From a virus (Duplodnaviria; Caudoviricetes): DNA of 54,565 bases. Within the stretch, counting starts at the first letter, position 1; every line of letters starts with the position of its first letter. The position numbers and the translations under genes are program-made. Below the pieces are notes generated by a model. That model worked only from the letters and a program-made list of their open reading frames with translations. It made no database searches and was not told where the DNA came from. Positions 46,019 through 53,442 of this stretch are shown piece after piece. The stretch is from the IMG/VR virus record IMGVR_UViG_3300010388_000206, positions 1 through 54,565 of that record; one strand, written 5' to 3'.

Positions 46019-46372
46019 ATGTTGATGGAAATTACTGCAATTGAAGATACCGAAGAATACGAACTTCCTTCGTATAGGGACAAGGGCAATATCACAGTAG
46101 AAGTTGTTGACAAGTGTGACAACTATGGTTGGGCAGTTGATAACTATACCTATGATAGTCATGCTTCTCCGTTTTGGGTAGAAGAAGGTATTGGTATTCG
46201 ATATTTTGTATATCTCCATCAACATGATATTCCATGTGAAGGGTTCTGGACTTTTGAAGGTGTTCATGGCGAATACATCAAGGGTGATTGGGGCTATACA
46301 GATGATGATGAAGAGTGGTACTATGACCGTGTACGTCCTGCCACTCAGGAAGAAATTGATGAACTTTTATGA
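46019..46372 (+). CDS. acidic hypothetical protein
   Basis: AAGGA RBS. Confidence 0.75.
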   Translation: MLMEITAIEDTEEYELPSYRDKGNITVEVVDKCDNYGWAVDNYTYDSHASPFWVEEGIGIRYFVYLHQHDIPCEGFWTFEGVHGEYIKGDWGYTDDDEEWYYDRVRPATQEEIDELL

Positions 46373-46383
46373 AGGAATTAAAT

Positions 46384-46548
46384 ATGGATAAGCGTGAATT
46401 TATACAGCGTTATATGATTAAACATTATGATCAGAATGAAAACTATTTTCATCAGATTGAAGTGGCTACTTCTGTCTTCAATGCGATTGAAGAGAATCTG
46501 GCAAAGGATGTAGCCTCTGCCAATCTTTGGGACTACAATGACAAGTAA
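46384..46548 (+). CDS. small hypothetical protein
   Basis: Read from sequence; alternative start 46369. Confidence 0.55.
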   Translation: MDKREFIQRYMIKHYDQNENYFHQIEVATSVFNAIEENLAKDVASANLWDYNDK

Positions 46549-47213
46549 TGTTCAAACTTGACCTTATAGAACTCCAAAGTCTTAGACAGATTAATGGACC
46601 GAAAAGATACTATGAATTGCCTGATGGTAAGAAGTATCCATCTGTTACAACAATCCTTAGTGCCATGTCAGATAAGTCTTTCCTTGTAAGATGGAAAGAA
46701 AGAGTTGGCGAAGAGGAAGCGAATCGAAAGCTTGTTCAAGCTTCTGCTCGTGGTACAGCGGTCCATGCAATCTGTGAAAAGTATGTGTTAAATCAACCCG
46801 TCGATATGTCTGGTGAAATGCCTCTGACAACTCGTTGTTACAATCAACTGAGAAACTTTGTCAGAGATAACGTCAACAACATTCGAAGCTCTGAGGGTCA
46901 GTTATACTCACATACTCTAAAGACTGCTGGTTCTGTCGATCTGGTGGCTGATTATCGTGGAATGCCATCCATCATTGATTTCAAAACATCTGAAAAAGAA
47001 AAAAGAGAAGATTGGATTGAGAACTATTTTCTCCAAACATCCATGTACTCATACATGCTTTGGGAGAGAACCGGATTGCTATATCCGAACATCGTCGTTG
47101 CCATTGGTGTAGACGAACTAAACGAAGCACAAATCTTTGTCCGTAAAGCTAAGGACTATCTACCAAAGGCAAAGAAGATTTGTGCAGAATATCATGAAAG
47201 GTTTGAAAAATGA
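46548..47213 (+). CDS. PD-(D/E)XK exonuclease
   Basis: YPSVTTIL, RGTAVH, AGSVD, IIDFKTS, YFLQ..MY. Confidence 0.9.
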   Translation: MFKLDLIELQSLRQINGPKRYYELPDGKKYPSVTTILSAMSDKSFLVRWKERVGEEEANRKLVQASARGTAVHAICEKYVLNQPVDMSGEMPLTTRCYNQLRNFVRDNVNNIRSSEGQLYSHTLKTAGSVDLVADYRGMPSIIDFKTSEKEKREDWIENYFLQTSMYSYMLWERTGLLYPNIVVAIGVDELNEAQIFVRKAKDYLPKAKKICAEYHERFEK

Positions 47214-47620
47214 GTGACATTAATCTAAACAAGTACGCAGACTTCACATTCGAACTAGCATCAATGGCTAGTAAGGATTTGGACACTCTTATTGAACGTC
47301 TTCGTGAACTTGATCAAAATAAAACTGTGAACATTGCATTGCTGATGACAGGCGGTTTTGGTCTTGGTAGTGAAGGTGGAGAGTTTCAGGAAATCGTCAA
47401 GAAGATTCTATTTCAGGGTAAGCCTCTGAATAATGATAATATCTGGCACATGAAGCGTGAACTTGGTGATATCGCATGGTATTGGGTAAATGCCTGTAAT
47501 GCCTTGGGTCTTGATCCAAATGAAGTGATTGCTGAGAATGTCGAGAAGCTGAAGGCACGTTACCCCGGCGGTGATTTTGATCCTTATTACAGTGAGAATC
47601 GTAAGGAAGGCGATTTATGA
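47210..47620 (+). CDS. mazG: MazG-like nucleotide pyrophosphohydrolase
   Basis: EGGEFQEIVKK, RELGDIAWY, KLKARYP. Confidence 0.9.
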   Translation: MSDINLNKYADFTFELASMASKDLDTLIERLRELDQNKTVNIALLMTGGFGLGSEGGEFQEIVKKILFQGKPLNNDNIWHMKRELGDIAWYWVNACNALGLDPNEVIAENVEKLKARYPGGDFDPYYSENRKEGDL

Positions 47621-48144
47621 TCAATAAGAAGACCGTTGAAATCAGACGTGGTATGAAGGGAAACCATAAGGATTGTGATTATAATGAAAAAAGCATTTAT
47701 GATCCTCTAGCCAAGGAGGCAATGATAAGGTCTCTAAACAAAACATTTCCTAACCTAACCCATATCGAAAATCCTAACCCATATGGTATTGATGTTCTTT
47801 CTATTAATGAAGACGGGAAAGTTACTGCTTGTTGGGAGTTAGAAGTTCGTCATGGAAACTGGCAGGGAAACAATCCATTCCCTTTCGATAAAGTAAACTG
47901 CATCGAACGTAAAGAACATCAATGGCTTAGAGACCAAGAATTTTTGGATGGCATCCCATATGAGATGGCTGATAAGTACAAGGTTTTTTATGTTCAGATG
48001 AACAAGGAATGCACCAGAGCGGTTATTATCAAGGATAGCACTGTCCTCAAACATGAATTAAAATCATGGGATAATCGTAAGCAACAGGGTGAATTTGTTA
48101 GACAAGTTCCGATTAAAGAAACATTTCAAATAAAATTGAGTTGA
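47617..48144 (+). CDS. hypothetical protein, possible PD-(D/E)XK nuclease fold
   Basis: YGIDVL...WELEVR. Confidence 0.6.
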   Translation: MINKKTVEIRRGMKGNHKDCDYNEKSIYDPLAKEAMIRSLNKTFPNLTHIENPNPYGIDVLSINEDGKVTACWELEVRHGNWQGNNPFPFDKVNCIERKEHQWLRDQEFLDGIPYEMADKYKVFYVQMNKECTRAVIIKDSTVLKHELKSWDNRKQQGEFVRQVPIKETFQIKLS

Positions 48145-48169
48145 CATTAAAATCGAGTCGTTTTATATG
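48141..48169 (+). promoter_or_regulatory. early sigma70-type promoter with CGAGTCG
   Basis: TTGACA-17-TATATG followed by the TCAACAAGACGGAAGG leader. Confidence 0.75.
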
Positions 48170-48197
48170 TCTGTCAACAAGACGGAAGGTAAACGAA

Positions 48198-48353
48198 ATG
48201 ACCATTCAAGACCTCATCAATGCTCTTCAGGCTAACGTCGATAACTACAATGTTATCATCAATAACCCTGATAGCGATGCCGATCATGTCGAACGACTGA
48301 AGCGTGTAGTTGTTGGTTATGAAGCAGATATTCGTGAACTGAAAGGTGAATAA
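48198..48353 (+). CDS. small early hypothetical protein
   Basis: GAAGG RBS. Confidence 0.7.
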   Translation: MTIQDLINALQANVDNYNVIINNPDSDADHVERLKRVVVGYEADIRELKGE

Positions 48354-48546
48354 GATGGAATATGCAACCTTCGCAACACCAGTTAATCCGAAATGGCCAG
48401 ACTATGGTTGTAACATCTATAAAGATGGCATTTTCATTGAAGGCCGCATCTATCATAACTACAGTGGTAACGCTATGATGGATGAAGTCAAAGACCTTAA
48501 AAGGTTTACATTCCCTGTATCTGAGGGCTACGAAGTAAGGTGGTAA
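48346..48546 (+). CDS. hypothetical protein
   Basis: 66-aa ORF overlapping its neighbours. Confidence 0.7.
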   Translation: MNKMEYATFATPVNPKWPDYGCNIYKDGIFIEGRIYHNYSGNAMMDEVKDLKRFTFPVSEGYEVRW

Positions 48547-48548
48547 AT

Positions 48549-48989
48549 ATGAAAAAGGGTGAACTTCTAGGTAAAGTCCTTGTACTGGCAACCAATGCAC
48601 ATGCAGGACAGTTTGATCGTGGTGGCAAGCCATACATTCTTCACCCTTTGAAGGTTATGCACTATCTCAAGAGTGATGATGAAGAACTTCAGTGTATGGC
48701 TCTTCTTCATGACGTGGTAGAGGATACCAAAACGACTTGGGATGACCTTCGTAGTATCGGGTGCACAGAACGTGTGATCAATGGCGTGAAGTCACTCACC
48801 AAGATGCCGGGTGAAAGCTACGATCAGTATAAGGAACGTGTTTTTGCCAATGAAGATGCGATGAAGGTAAAGATGGCTGACCTTCGTCACAACACAGACA
48901 TTCGCAGACTCAAGGGGGTTACGGAAAAGGATATTATCCGCATGGAGAAATACAACCGCTTCTACCTTGAGCTTCAAGCCAAAGTCTAA
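48549..48989 (+). CDS. HD-domain hydrolase, SpoT/Mesh1-like small alarmone hydrolase
   Basis: AHAGQ.DRGG.PYILHP, LLHDVVEDT, VKMADLRHN. Confidence 0.85.
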   Translation: MKKGELLGKVLVLATNAHAGQFDRGGKPYILHPLKVMHYLKSDDEELQCMALLHDVVEDTKTTWDDLRSIGCTERVINGVKSLTKMPGESYDQYKERVFANEDAMKVKMADLRHNTDIRRLKGVTEKDIIRMEKYNRFYLELQAKV

Positions 48990-48991
48990 AG

Positions 48992-49023
48992 AAATCCCTC
49001 AGAGAAATCTGGGGGATTTTTTT
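48992..49023 (+). terminator. intrinsic terminator (GAAA loop)
   Basis: AAATCCCTCAGA-GAAA-TCTGGGGGATTT followed by T-tract. Confidence 0.85.
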
Positions 49024-49034
49024 GCATTCTTGTG

Positions 49035-49063
49035 TTGACACGAATCACGAATCATTTTATATA
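49035..49063 (+). promoter_or_regulatory. early promoter with tandem CGAATCA
   Basis: TTGACA-CGAATCACGAATCATTT-TATATA. Confidence 0.8.
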
Positions 49064-49093
49064 AGGTTCAACAAGACGAGAAGGAACATTGAC

Positions 49094-49477
49094 ATGGCTT
49101 ACATGAACCAAGAGATGAAGAAGGCAATTGCTCCGGTTGTGAAGAACATCCTGAAGAAGTATGGTGTTAAGGGTACTCTCAGTATCCGGAACCATAGCAC
49201 TCTGGTGCTCAATATCACTGAAGGCAATATCAACTTCTGCGAAAACTATTTTCGTGACAGCAAAAATGAGTGTGATCACATTACGGTTAATCGTTATTGG
49301 TTTCATGAGCATTTTGATGGTGTTGCTAAGGCTTGTCTGTCTGAAGTGATCGAAGCCATGAACAAAGGTAACTGGAATAACAGCCGTATTGAAGTTGACT
49401 ATTTTGATGCTGGTTGGTTTATCGATGTGAACATTGGTAAGTGGAATAAGCCCTACAAATACAGCGAGGCGGCATGA
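49094..49477 (+). CDS. early hypothetical protein
   Basis: AAGGA RBS; VDYFDAGWF..VNIGKWNKPY. Confidence 0.8.
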   Translation: MAYMNQEMKKAIAPVVKNILKKYGVKGTLSIRNHSTLVLNITEGNINFCENYFRDSKNECDHITVNRYWFHEHFDGVAKACLSEVIEAMNKGNWNNSRIEVDYFDAGWFIDVNIGKWNKPYKYSEAA

Positions 49478-49614
49478 TAGTTTATATTGTAATGGTGAAT
49501 GGTAAGGTTGACGCTGTATTTTTCAACGAAGACCTTGCCAAAAACCATAAAAAGAATATGACCAAGCAATGGAAATTGACTGAGATTATCAAAAAAGAAG
49601 TTTACGACTTTTAA
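49474..49614 (+). CDS. small hypothetical protein (46 aa)
   Basis: Read from sequence; ATGA overlap. Confidence 0.6.
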   Translation: MIVYIVMVNGKVDAVFFNEDLAKNHKKNMTKQWKLTEIIKKEVYDF

Positions 49615-49625
49615 AGGAATTTGAA

Positions 49626-49832
49626 ATGAAAAGTGATCGTGAATATCGTGAATCGTTGGACCTTCCTATGGAAGACCTTACCATGGCTCTTTTTGGTTAT
49701 AATGGTGACGGCGAAGCTCTTGAAGATTGGCAGATTGTCGAACGTGCTGCTACCAAGATCATTATGCTCAAGGAAATGGTCCTTGCTACTGGTATGAGTG
49801 AAGCCCTTCTGAAGGCTTGTATGGAGAACTGA
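49626..49832 (+). CDS. hypothetical protein
   Basis: AAGGA RBS. Confidence 0.75.
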   Translation: MKSDREYRESLDLPMEDLTMALFGYNGDGEALEDWQIVERAATKIIMLKEMVLATGMSEALLKACMEN

Positions 49833-49833
49833 T

Positions 49834-50052
49834 ATGGAATATGATTTTGAACAATTTGCAGAAGCCTTTGAGTTTCTTGACGAACTTCGTGAGTCTGGAC
49901 AAGTCAACATGTTTGGTGCAACATCTTATGTTGTATCTGAACTTGGACATGACAAGGCCACTGCGAGGAACCTTGTTACGGCATGGATGAAATCGTATGA
50001 CGGTGTTTCGACACCTGAAGATCGTGCGAAATCTTTTGAAAATAATTATTGA
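49834..50052 (+). CDS. hypothetical phage protein
   Basis: FLDELRESGQVNMFGA motif. Confidence 0.8.
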   Translation: MEYDFEQFAEAFEFLDELRESGQVNMFGATSYVVSELGHDKATARNLVTAWMKSYDGVSTPEDRAKSFENNY

Positions 50053-50076
50053 CTCCATATCGGCATAGTGTATAAT
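50049..50076 (+). promoter_or_regulatory. early sigma70-type promoter
   Basis: TTGACT-16-TATAAT (with TG extension) followed by the TCAACAAGACGGAAGG leader. Confidence 0.7.
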
Positions 50077-50105
50077 CACCTCAACAAGACGGAAGGATAT
50101 ACACT

Positions 50106-50756
50106 ATGTCGATTTTTCTTAACTCTGATCAAATTCAAGATATCGCCCATGAAAATGGTGTGACTTATCGGGTTGCAGACCTTTATGCTGAGTATGTCGC
50201 AAAGGCCAAGCAGAAGAACATGGTTCTTAACATGGGGCGTAATACCCTTCGTGACAGCACCCGTCAGAAGACCTACAATGCTGAGAACAAGTTCATGGCG
50301 ATGTATGGTCGTGGTACCGTCTTCTATACTGTAGAAGAAGCTCAGAAGTTTGCTGACAAGGTGTTTGCTTCCAGTGTATGGGAAAAGCACAAAACCAATC
50401 GTGTTAGCAACCGTGCTCCTACAATTGAATATTCCAGCAAAATGACTCGCTACAGCGGTATGGCTTATAGCAACCGTATTGTGCTTGGTCGCAACGGCAT
50501 GAATGCCTACATCCTGCTTCATGAACTGGCTCATACTAATGGTCATCGTCATCATGATGCTACTTTCCGTAAGTGCCTTGTTGCCTTTGTCGCCAAGTTT
50601 ATGGGTAAGGAACATGGTGATCTTCTCAAGCAGAGCTTCAAGGAAGCTGGTCTTAAGATGACTGTACCTGCTGCCAAGACCGTGAAGGATTTCAAGGATT
50701 GGTACGCATTCTATAAGAGGGCTGAAGTCGCTCGTTACGCACGAAACAATTTTTAA
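50106..50756 (+). CDS. HEXXH zinc metallopeptidase-like protein
   Basis: ILLHELAH....HHDATF. Confidence 0.75.
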   Translation: MSIFLNSDQIQDIAHENGVTYRVADLYAEYVAKAKQKNMVLNMGRNTLRDSTRQKTYNAENKFMAMYGRGTVFYTVEEAQKFADKVFASSVWEKHKTNRVSNRAPTIEYSSKMTRYSGMAYSNRIVLGRNGMNAYILLHELAHTNGHRHHDATFRKCLVAFVAKFMGKEHGDLLKQSFKEAGLKMTVPAAKTVKDFKDWYAFYKRAEVARYARNNF

Positions 50757-50765
50757 AATTAATTG

Positions 50766-50794
50766 TTGACACGAATCAACGAATCAACTACTGT
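50766..50794 (+). promoter_or_regulatory. early promoter with two CGAATCA
   Basis: TTGACA-CGAATCAACGAATCAAC-TACTGT. Confidence 0.8.
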
Positions 50795-50828
50795 CTCTTT
50801 ATAGAGAGACACAAAGAAGGAATTCAAA

Positions 50829-51167
50829 ATGCAGATCATGGTTATCCACACTGACTTCGAAATCAACAAGTGGGAAGTAGTTGCTGCTGTCACTTATGAT
50901 GGTACTGATGTTGACGTTGGTCTTGAGTACGCATATCGCTGGACCAACAATCTTGATGGTTCGTGGTCGCAGGGTGAAGACTTTGTGATGGAAGGCCGTG
51001 TTTATGAAAACCCTGACTTCAATCCGAATGTCAAGGTTCTGGCACCGCTTCCTAATCACTTTGGCCGTACCATTGGTCATCGTTCCACTTCGGTTCGTGA
51101 TATCATGATTGTTGATGGCGAAGCTTACAAAGTTGTTTCGTTTGGTTTTGAAAAGATGGAAGCTTAA
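50829..51167 (+). CDS. early hypothetical protein
   Basis: YRWTNN..GSWS, RSTSV.D...GF. Confidence 0.8.
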   Translation: MQIMVIHTDFEINKWEVVAAVTYDGTDVDVGLEYAYRWTNNLDGSWSQGEDFVMEGRVYENPDFNPNVKVLAPLPNHFGRTIGHRSTSVRDIMIVDGEAYKVVSFGFEKMEA

Positions 51168-51169
51168 TT

Positions 51170-51502
51170 ATGTATATTGAAAAGCTAGTTGCAGAATATG
51201 GTGCGAAGAATCTCCGGTTTTTCATGCCTATGCGTAAGCTTCACTCTTTGCAGGGTTTCGGTATCCCAATGGCATTCACTAGCAGTGATGATCCCTATGA
51301 TATTACCGAATGTGTAATTGATGAAAATCGTTATAAGGTCGATGAAGGATATAAGATCACGTTTCGTGCCATTGATGAAGATTATGGTTATGAAAACTAT
51401 TATCAGATGGACTTCAACAATATCTACAAGCGCAATGATGATATTCGCATCTATGTTCTGGTAGACGAAGACAACAAGTACCAGAAGATTGAGAGGAATT
51501 GA
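51170..51502 (+). CDS. hypothetical protein
   Basis: 110-aa ORF in operon. Confidence 0.75.
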   Translation: MYIEKLVAEYGAKNLRFFMPMRKLHSLQGFGIPMAFTSSDDPYDITECVIDENRYKVDEGYKITFRAIDEDYGYENYYQMDFNNIYKRNDDIRIYVLVDEDNKYQKIERN

Positions 51503-51504
51503 TT

Positions 51505-51894
51505 ATGCCGTGTCGTAGTGATTATATGGACCCTACTCAAAAGCAAAGGCTGTTGCAGGAAACTGCACAGCTTTATGAGTATGCCTTGTTTGAAATGAAC
51601 CTGAATGTTCCTGCTGATGTTAAGGCTGCTGCCAAGGATATCTATTGCAGGAAGGATTTTGTTCCTCAACTCTGTGAACTTCTCACTGTTATGAATGAGC
51701 TACATAAGCAGCGCATTGTGTATAATGCATATAGCAGCATGTCTCGCAAGCTGGCTAATTGGTGGGAAAAGCATCAGGAAGCTGATCGTAAGCGTATTTT
51801 TGAAGAAGATTTGCAAAAAATGCAAGATGCAGTAAGAACAAAAGCTCTTGCAAAGCTTACTGACGCTGAAAAGAAGGCACTCGGTCTTGGGTAA
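51505..51894 (+). CDS. hypothetical protein
   Basis: MPCRSDY...WWEKHQEAD...ALAKLTDAEKKALGL. Confidence 0.75.
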   Translation: MPCRSDYMDPTQKQRLLQETAQLYEYALFEMNLNVPADVKAAAKDIYCRKDFVPQLCELLTVMNELHKQRIVYNAYSSMSRKLANWWEKHQEADRKRIFEEDLQKMQDAVRTKALAKLTDAEKKALGLG

Positions 51895-52414
51895 GCGTTC
51901 AGATTTCGAGAGAGTTGAGAGAGACTATTATCCCACTCCGATGAAGGCAGTGCTGCCGTTGCTACCACACTTAGCAGCGGGTACTGTCTTCATTGAGCCT
52001 TGTGCTGGTGATGGTCGCCTTATCGATCATCTACAGGCGCATGGGCATAGGTGTACATGGGGTGTTGATATTGAACCAGTATGGCCTATGGCGAGGGTTG
52101 GTGATGCAACTACCATGAAATTCAACCCTAACGGAGGTAATCAGTACTTCATTACTAATCCGCCATGGGATAGAAAGATACTTCATCCTATAATTGAAAA
52201 TCTTAGCAATCAGTTGCCTACATGGCTTTTGTTTGATGCAGATTGGATGCATACAAGGCAAGCAACTCCCTACTTGACACGACTTGAAAAGGTCGTTAGT
52301 ATCGGTAGGGTAAAGTGGATTGAAGGTAGCAAGTCTGTCGGTAAAGACAATTGCTGCTGGTATCTGTTCTGGCATAAGAACACGATACAGACACAGTTTT
52401 ATGGAAGGGTTTGA
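51887..52414 (+). CDS. DNA amino-methyltransferase (N6-adenine type)
   Basis: DYYPTP, EPCAGDG (motif I), ITNPPW (motif IV); TTG start inferred. Confidence 0.85.
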   Translation: MGKRSDFERVERDYYPTPMKAVLPLLPHLAAGTVFIEPCAGDGRLIDHLQAHGHRCTWGVDIEPVWPMARVGDATTMKFNPNGGNQYFITNPPWDRKILHPIIENLSNQLPTWLLFDADWMHTRQATPYLTRLEKVVSIGRVKWIEGSKSVGKDNCCWYLFWHKNTIQTQFYGRV

Positions 52415-52416
52415 TT

Positions 52417-52632
52417 ATGTCTAAGATTTGGTTGATTTTGTGGTTCTTTAATGCTGATGGCGAATTCATTCAGAAGGAAGAGTTTGCCTTCAAGAATCGT
52501 GTGCAGTGTGTACAGGCGGCTGGTGAAGTTTCAAAGAAATTTGTCAACAAGTCTATCGCTATCACATCTTTTTGTGTGACGGATAATCATCGTAAGGGTT
52601 TGACGGTTGATCCCGGCATTCCTCTAGACTAA
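52417..52632 (+). CDS. hypothetical protein
   Basis: Hydrophobic N-terminus, two Cys. Confidence 0.65.
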   Translation: MSKIWLILWFFNADGEFIQKEEFAFKNRVQCVQAAGEVSKKFVNKSIAITSFCVTDNHRKGLTVDPGIPLD

Positions 52633-52642
52633 GGAATTTACT

Positions 52643-53011
52643 ATGTGGTATAATCAGACTGATATTAAGGAAATGGAAGGCAAGACCTTCACTCGTGTAT
52701 ATTCAGATGATGATACGCTGACGTTTGAAAACGAGCAAGAGCGTTACATCTTCTATCACCCACAGGACTGTTGTGAGAGCGTGTATATCGAAAGTGTCGT
52801 TGGTGATATTGACGATCTAGTCGGTGTGCCTTTGTTGCTTTCTGAAGAAGTTAGCAGCGATGATGAAGGTCCGCTCTATAAGTATGAAGAATCATACACT
52901 TGGACCTTCTACAAGTTTGCTACTATCAAGGGTTATGTAGATGTTCGCTGGTACGGAAGTTCCAATGGATACTACTCTGAAGGTGTGTACTTGAGGAAAG
53001 AAAGCGTATGA
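52643..53011 (+). CDS. conserved phage hypothetical protein
   Basis: HPQDCCESV, WTFYK, SNGYYSE. Confidence 0.8.
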   Translation: MWYNQTDIKEMEGKTFTRVYSDDDTLTFENEQERYIFYHPQDCCESVYIESVVGDIDDLVGVPLLLSEEVSSDDEGPLYKYEESYTWTFYKFATIKGYVDVRWYGSSNGYYSEGVYLRKESV

Positions 53012-53217
53012 TCAATAAGCGCATCAAGGAAATTGGTGAGCAGGTTGGCTTGTATATGGAAACCCACTATCAAGGTGGGTTTCCAAACGAGCAACTTATT
53101 TCTGCTATCGAATTTTCAGAATTGATTGTTCGTGAATGTTTGTATATAATGGAAAACTGTGATGGTGATCTAGACTTTGCCATCTGGCAGGTGAAAGAAA
53201 CATTTGGGGTAAAGTGA
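53008..53217 (+). CDS. hypothetical protein (paralog A)
   Basis: NKRIKEI...FSELIVREC. Confidence 0.75.
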   Translation: MINKRIKEIGEQVGLYMETHYQGGFPNEQLISAIEFSELIVRECLYIMENCDGDLDFAIWQVKETFGVK

Positions 53218-53426
53218 TGAACGAACGTTTAGTAGAATTTGCAAAAGAAAGTGGATGGTCCATTCTCCGTGATGGTGATATCGTTTCCCCTTATATGGAA
53301 GGATATGATATCAGCGAACTCCTAGAAGATTTTGCTTTACAAATCATTCGAGAGTGTGCTAATGTTGCCTCCGATCATGAAGCACTAGACATTTATGAAA
53401 AAATTCTAGATCGCTTCGATATGTAA
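53217..53426 (+). CDS. hypothetical protein (paralog B)
   Basis: NERLVEF...FALQIIREC. Confidence 0.75.
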   Translation: MNERLVEFAKESGWSILRDGDIVSPYMEGYDISELLEDFALQIIRECANVASDHEALDIYEKILDRFDM

Positions 53427-53442
53427 GAATGGAGCAATTGTT

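Noticed and set aside
46548-47213. Cas4-like nuclease suggesting a CRISPR system
   Set aside because: No repeat-spacer array or other cas genes; this exonuclease type is common next to phoH in T4-like phages
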